Below are positions 33,597 to 35,599 of a stretch of DNA of 35,599 bases, piece by piece. Location of the stretch: positions 1-35,599 of the IMG/VR virus record IMGVR_UViG_3300022670_000305, one strand, 5' to 3'. A program made the translations under genes and the position numbers. The notes under the pieces were generated by a model. The model ran no database searches, was not told the DNA's origin, and saw nothing but the letters and a program-made list of their open reading frames with translations. The DNA is from a virus. Taxonomy: Duplodnaviria; Caudoviricetes. Numbering within the stretch: position 1 is the stretch's first letter; every line of letters begins with the position of its first letter.

Positions 33597-33809
33597 TCAA
33601 TCACTTTTAATTCTCTTATATTCATTGCAGATATGACTTGCAACAGCCACACCTTTAACTATAACAATCAATGGTGAGCTATTTGTACATCGCCAATCAT
33701 CTTTAACTATTTCTATTTTTGTAGCTGTGCTACTTTTATAAATTACATTAACACCCCAAATAATTGGCGAAATAATTAAAATAAATACCAAGCATATTAA
33801 ACCTTTCAT
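33597..33809 (-). CDS. Membrane-anchored small protein (moron 3)
   Basis: N-terminal TM; WRCT...CNEY. Confidence 0.7.
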   Translation of the reverse strand: MKGLICLVFILIISPIIWGVNVIYKSSTATKIEIVKDDWRCTNSSPLIVIVKGVAVASHICNEYKRIKSD

Positions 33810-33976
33810 ACCTTAACCTCCAACTCGTCAACTTTCTTAACTAAAAAACCATAACGTGCGGCTGATGCTTTTGAATGAGTGCGGTACCATCTAAGACTAA
33901 ACCCTATACGTTTCAAGAATTCAGCAACAGTATAACCCTTGCTTTCTATGTCTACAGTCAATTGAACTTTCTTCAT
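33806..33976 (-). CDS. Small HTH-like protein heading moron 3, 56 aa
   Basis: Manual translation MKKVQLTVDIESKGYTVAEFLKRIGFSLRWYRTHSKASAARYGFLVKKVDELEVKV. Confidence 0.75.
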   Translation of the reverse strand: MKKVQLTVDIESKGYTVAEFLKRIGFSLRWYRTHSKASAARYGFLVKKVDELEVKV

Positions 33977-33988
33977 CTTTACCCTTAA

Positions 33989-34034
33989 TAGTGAATATCT
34001 GCACTAATCATAGTGTATATTTTCACTATGTCAA
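33989..34034 (-). promoter_or_regulatory. Moron 3 promoter with two operators
   Basis: TTGACA-N16-TATGAT; TAGTG-N8-CACTA twice (33989-34006, 34009-34030). Confidence 0.75.
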
Positions 34035-34107
34035 GCTTCTTTATGAAATATACATTTAGTGCTAGAATAATCATATAAATTATTCTCCTTTCCCATGGTG
34101 CTTTTAA

Positions 34108-35599
34108 ATGAGTGATATCGCCAAATTAGGTTTTCAAGTTGATACAGCACCTTTAAAAAAAGGCGAGAAGGCATTAGATAGCTTTGCCGCGACTGGCAAA
34201 AAAACAGAAAAATCAATTGATACATCAACCAAAAAAATAAAGAATGATTTTGATTCATTAGAAAAATCCATTGGTAAGACTGCCGCCGCACAAGCTAAAG
34301 CCACTAAAGAAGCCGCCAAATTTAGCAGAGCTTCTGGTCAAGCCGGTATCCAGTTTCAACAATTCATAGGGCAGGTTCAAGGCGGTCAAGGCGTTATGCT
34401 TGCATTTTCGCAGCAAAGTGCCGACCTTGGGTTTGTTCTTGGTTTTCCTTTGGCTGGTGCTATTTCTGGTATCGTTGCTTCGTTAATAGGTATTTTTTTA
34501 CCTACTTTACTAAAATCTAGTGAAGAGGTTGAAAATTTAACCAAAAATACAGATAAACTAATAAAAGTATTTAGTAAGTTGAATGATGAACAAAAACTTA
34601 TTGCCCAACAAGGTTTACAAGAAGAACTAAAAGATCAAACTAAACGTTTTGGTGAATTATTCATTGAAATAGAAAAATTAGAAAAAGAAGCTATTGTTGC
34701 TCGTCGTCAATTTGGTCGTGGTGGTGTACTTAGTTTAATGTTCGATCCTGATGAAACGTTAAAAGAATTAGTTTCATCAAAGTTAGCGATTTCAACTCTC
34801 GGTTTAGAAATAGAAAAAACAGCCGAACAAATACGTTCTTTAGCTGCCGATAATGCAAATAGAATACAAATAAACGAAACCATAGAAGCACTTAAAGAAC
34901 AAGCTAATTTATACGGTGCAAATGAACGGGCAATAGCTTTGTATCAAGCATCTATTAAAGGCGCTAGTTCAGAGCAATTATTAGCTATTTCAAGTACATT
35001 TGATCTTATCGACGCTAAAAAACAGGAAGCCGAAGCGACAAAAGAAAACGAAGCGTTAAATAGGACTATCGGCGTTATTGCTGAAAGTATTGAAAGACAA
35101 GTTATAGCATTGCGAGATGGTACAGAAGCATCATTAGAATTTTCAACTGCTAAAAAACTTGGGCTTAGTATTGACGAACAATTACCACAAGTTATACAAA
35201 AACAAATAGACGCACTAAAAAAGCTTAAAAAAGAAAGATCGGAAGCTTTAGCGTTATCAAAAAAGGAAACTAAAGATAGAAAAGATCTTGATAGTTTAAC
35301 TAAACAAGTTGAAAATTTTGGTGGTACATGGTCAAGAACTGGTTCTATTATTGTTGATGCATTTGGTGATATGTCTAATGCATTGAATGATTACATGGAT
35401 CGTGTTGAAGATATCGCCAAATTAGAAAAGCGTGTTGCCGATGCGCGAATAACATTCGGTGATGATAATGTTCAAGTTATCATGCTTCAAAAGCAACTCG
35501 ACGAAGAAAAAGTTAGTGCTGAATTATCTGGTTTGAAATCAATATCTTCAGCTTCAGCTTCTTTATTTGGTGAAAAAACGGCGGCGGCTAAAGCATTTT
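34108..35599 (+). CDS. Tail tape measure protein, runs off the window edge
   Basis: MSDIAKLGFQVDT...GIQFQQFIGQVQGGQ..MLAFSQQSADLG; follows the chaperones; absent from the ORF track, presumably because no stop is reached. Confidence 0.92.
   Translation, partial: MSDIAKLGFQVDTAPLKKGEKALDSFAATGKKTEKSIDTSTKKIKNDFDSLEKSIGKTAAAQAKATKEAAKFSRASGQAGIQFQQFIGQVQGGQGVMLAFSQQSADLGFVLGFPLAGAISGIVASLIGIFLPTLLKSSEEVENLTKNTDKLIKVFSKLNDEQKLIAQQGLQEELKDQTKRFGELFIEIEKLEKEAIVARRQFGRGGVLSLMFDPDETLKELVSSKLAISTLGLEIEKTAEQIRSLAADNANRIQINETIEALKEQANLYGANERAIALYQASIKGASSEQLLAISSTFDLIDAKKQEAEATKENEALNRTIGVIAESIERQVIALRDGTEASLEFSTAKKLGLSIDEQLPQVIQKQIDALKKLKKERSEALALSKKETKDRKDLDSLTKQVENFGGTWSRTGSIIVDAFGDMSNALNDYMDRVEDIAKLEKRVADARITFGDDNVQVIMLQKQLDEEKVSAELSGLKSISSASASLFGEKTAAAKAF

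Noticed and set aside
34031-34319. Two short minus-strand ORFs
   Set aside because: They overlap the start of the tape measure gene on the + strand.

Overview
AT-rich fragment of a tailed dsDNA phage or prophage with siphovirus gene order. A marine gammaproteobacterial host is plausible but cannot be shown from this window. Bases 1-17.7 kb are the accessory/early region: small hypothetical genes, lambda O/P-like replication genes, HTH regulators, a Rad52/Sak + Gp157 + DEDDh exonuclease recombination module and a putative lysis block. Bases 18.1-35.6 kb hold packaging and morphogenesis genes (TerS, TerL, portal, minor head, protease/scaffold, decoration, major capsid, neck, tail tube, tail chaperones, and a tape measure that runs off the end), interrupted by three reverse-strand morons. 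No integrase, CRISPR array or reverse transcriptase is visible. The most unusual signal is non-coding: two ORF-free tracts (about 6230-6905 and 11553-11953) read as tandem arrays of structured RNAs. Each unit is closed by its own terminal stem, and each array contains a tRNA mimic with intact D and T arms but a broken anticodon arm. The first array has its own promoter and an antisense/attenuator leader, and sits in a segment flanked by exact 36-bp direct repeats. All protein family calls come from motif recognition by eye and all RNA folds are manual; no searches or folding programs were run.
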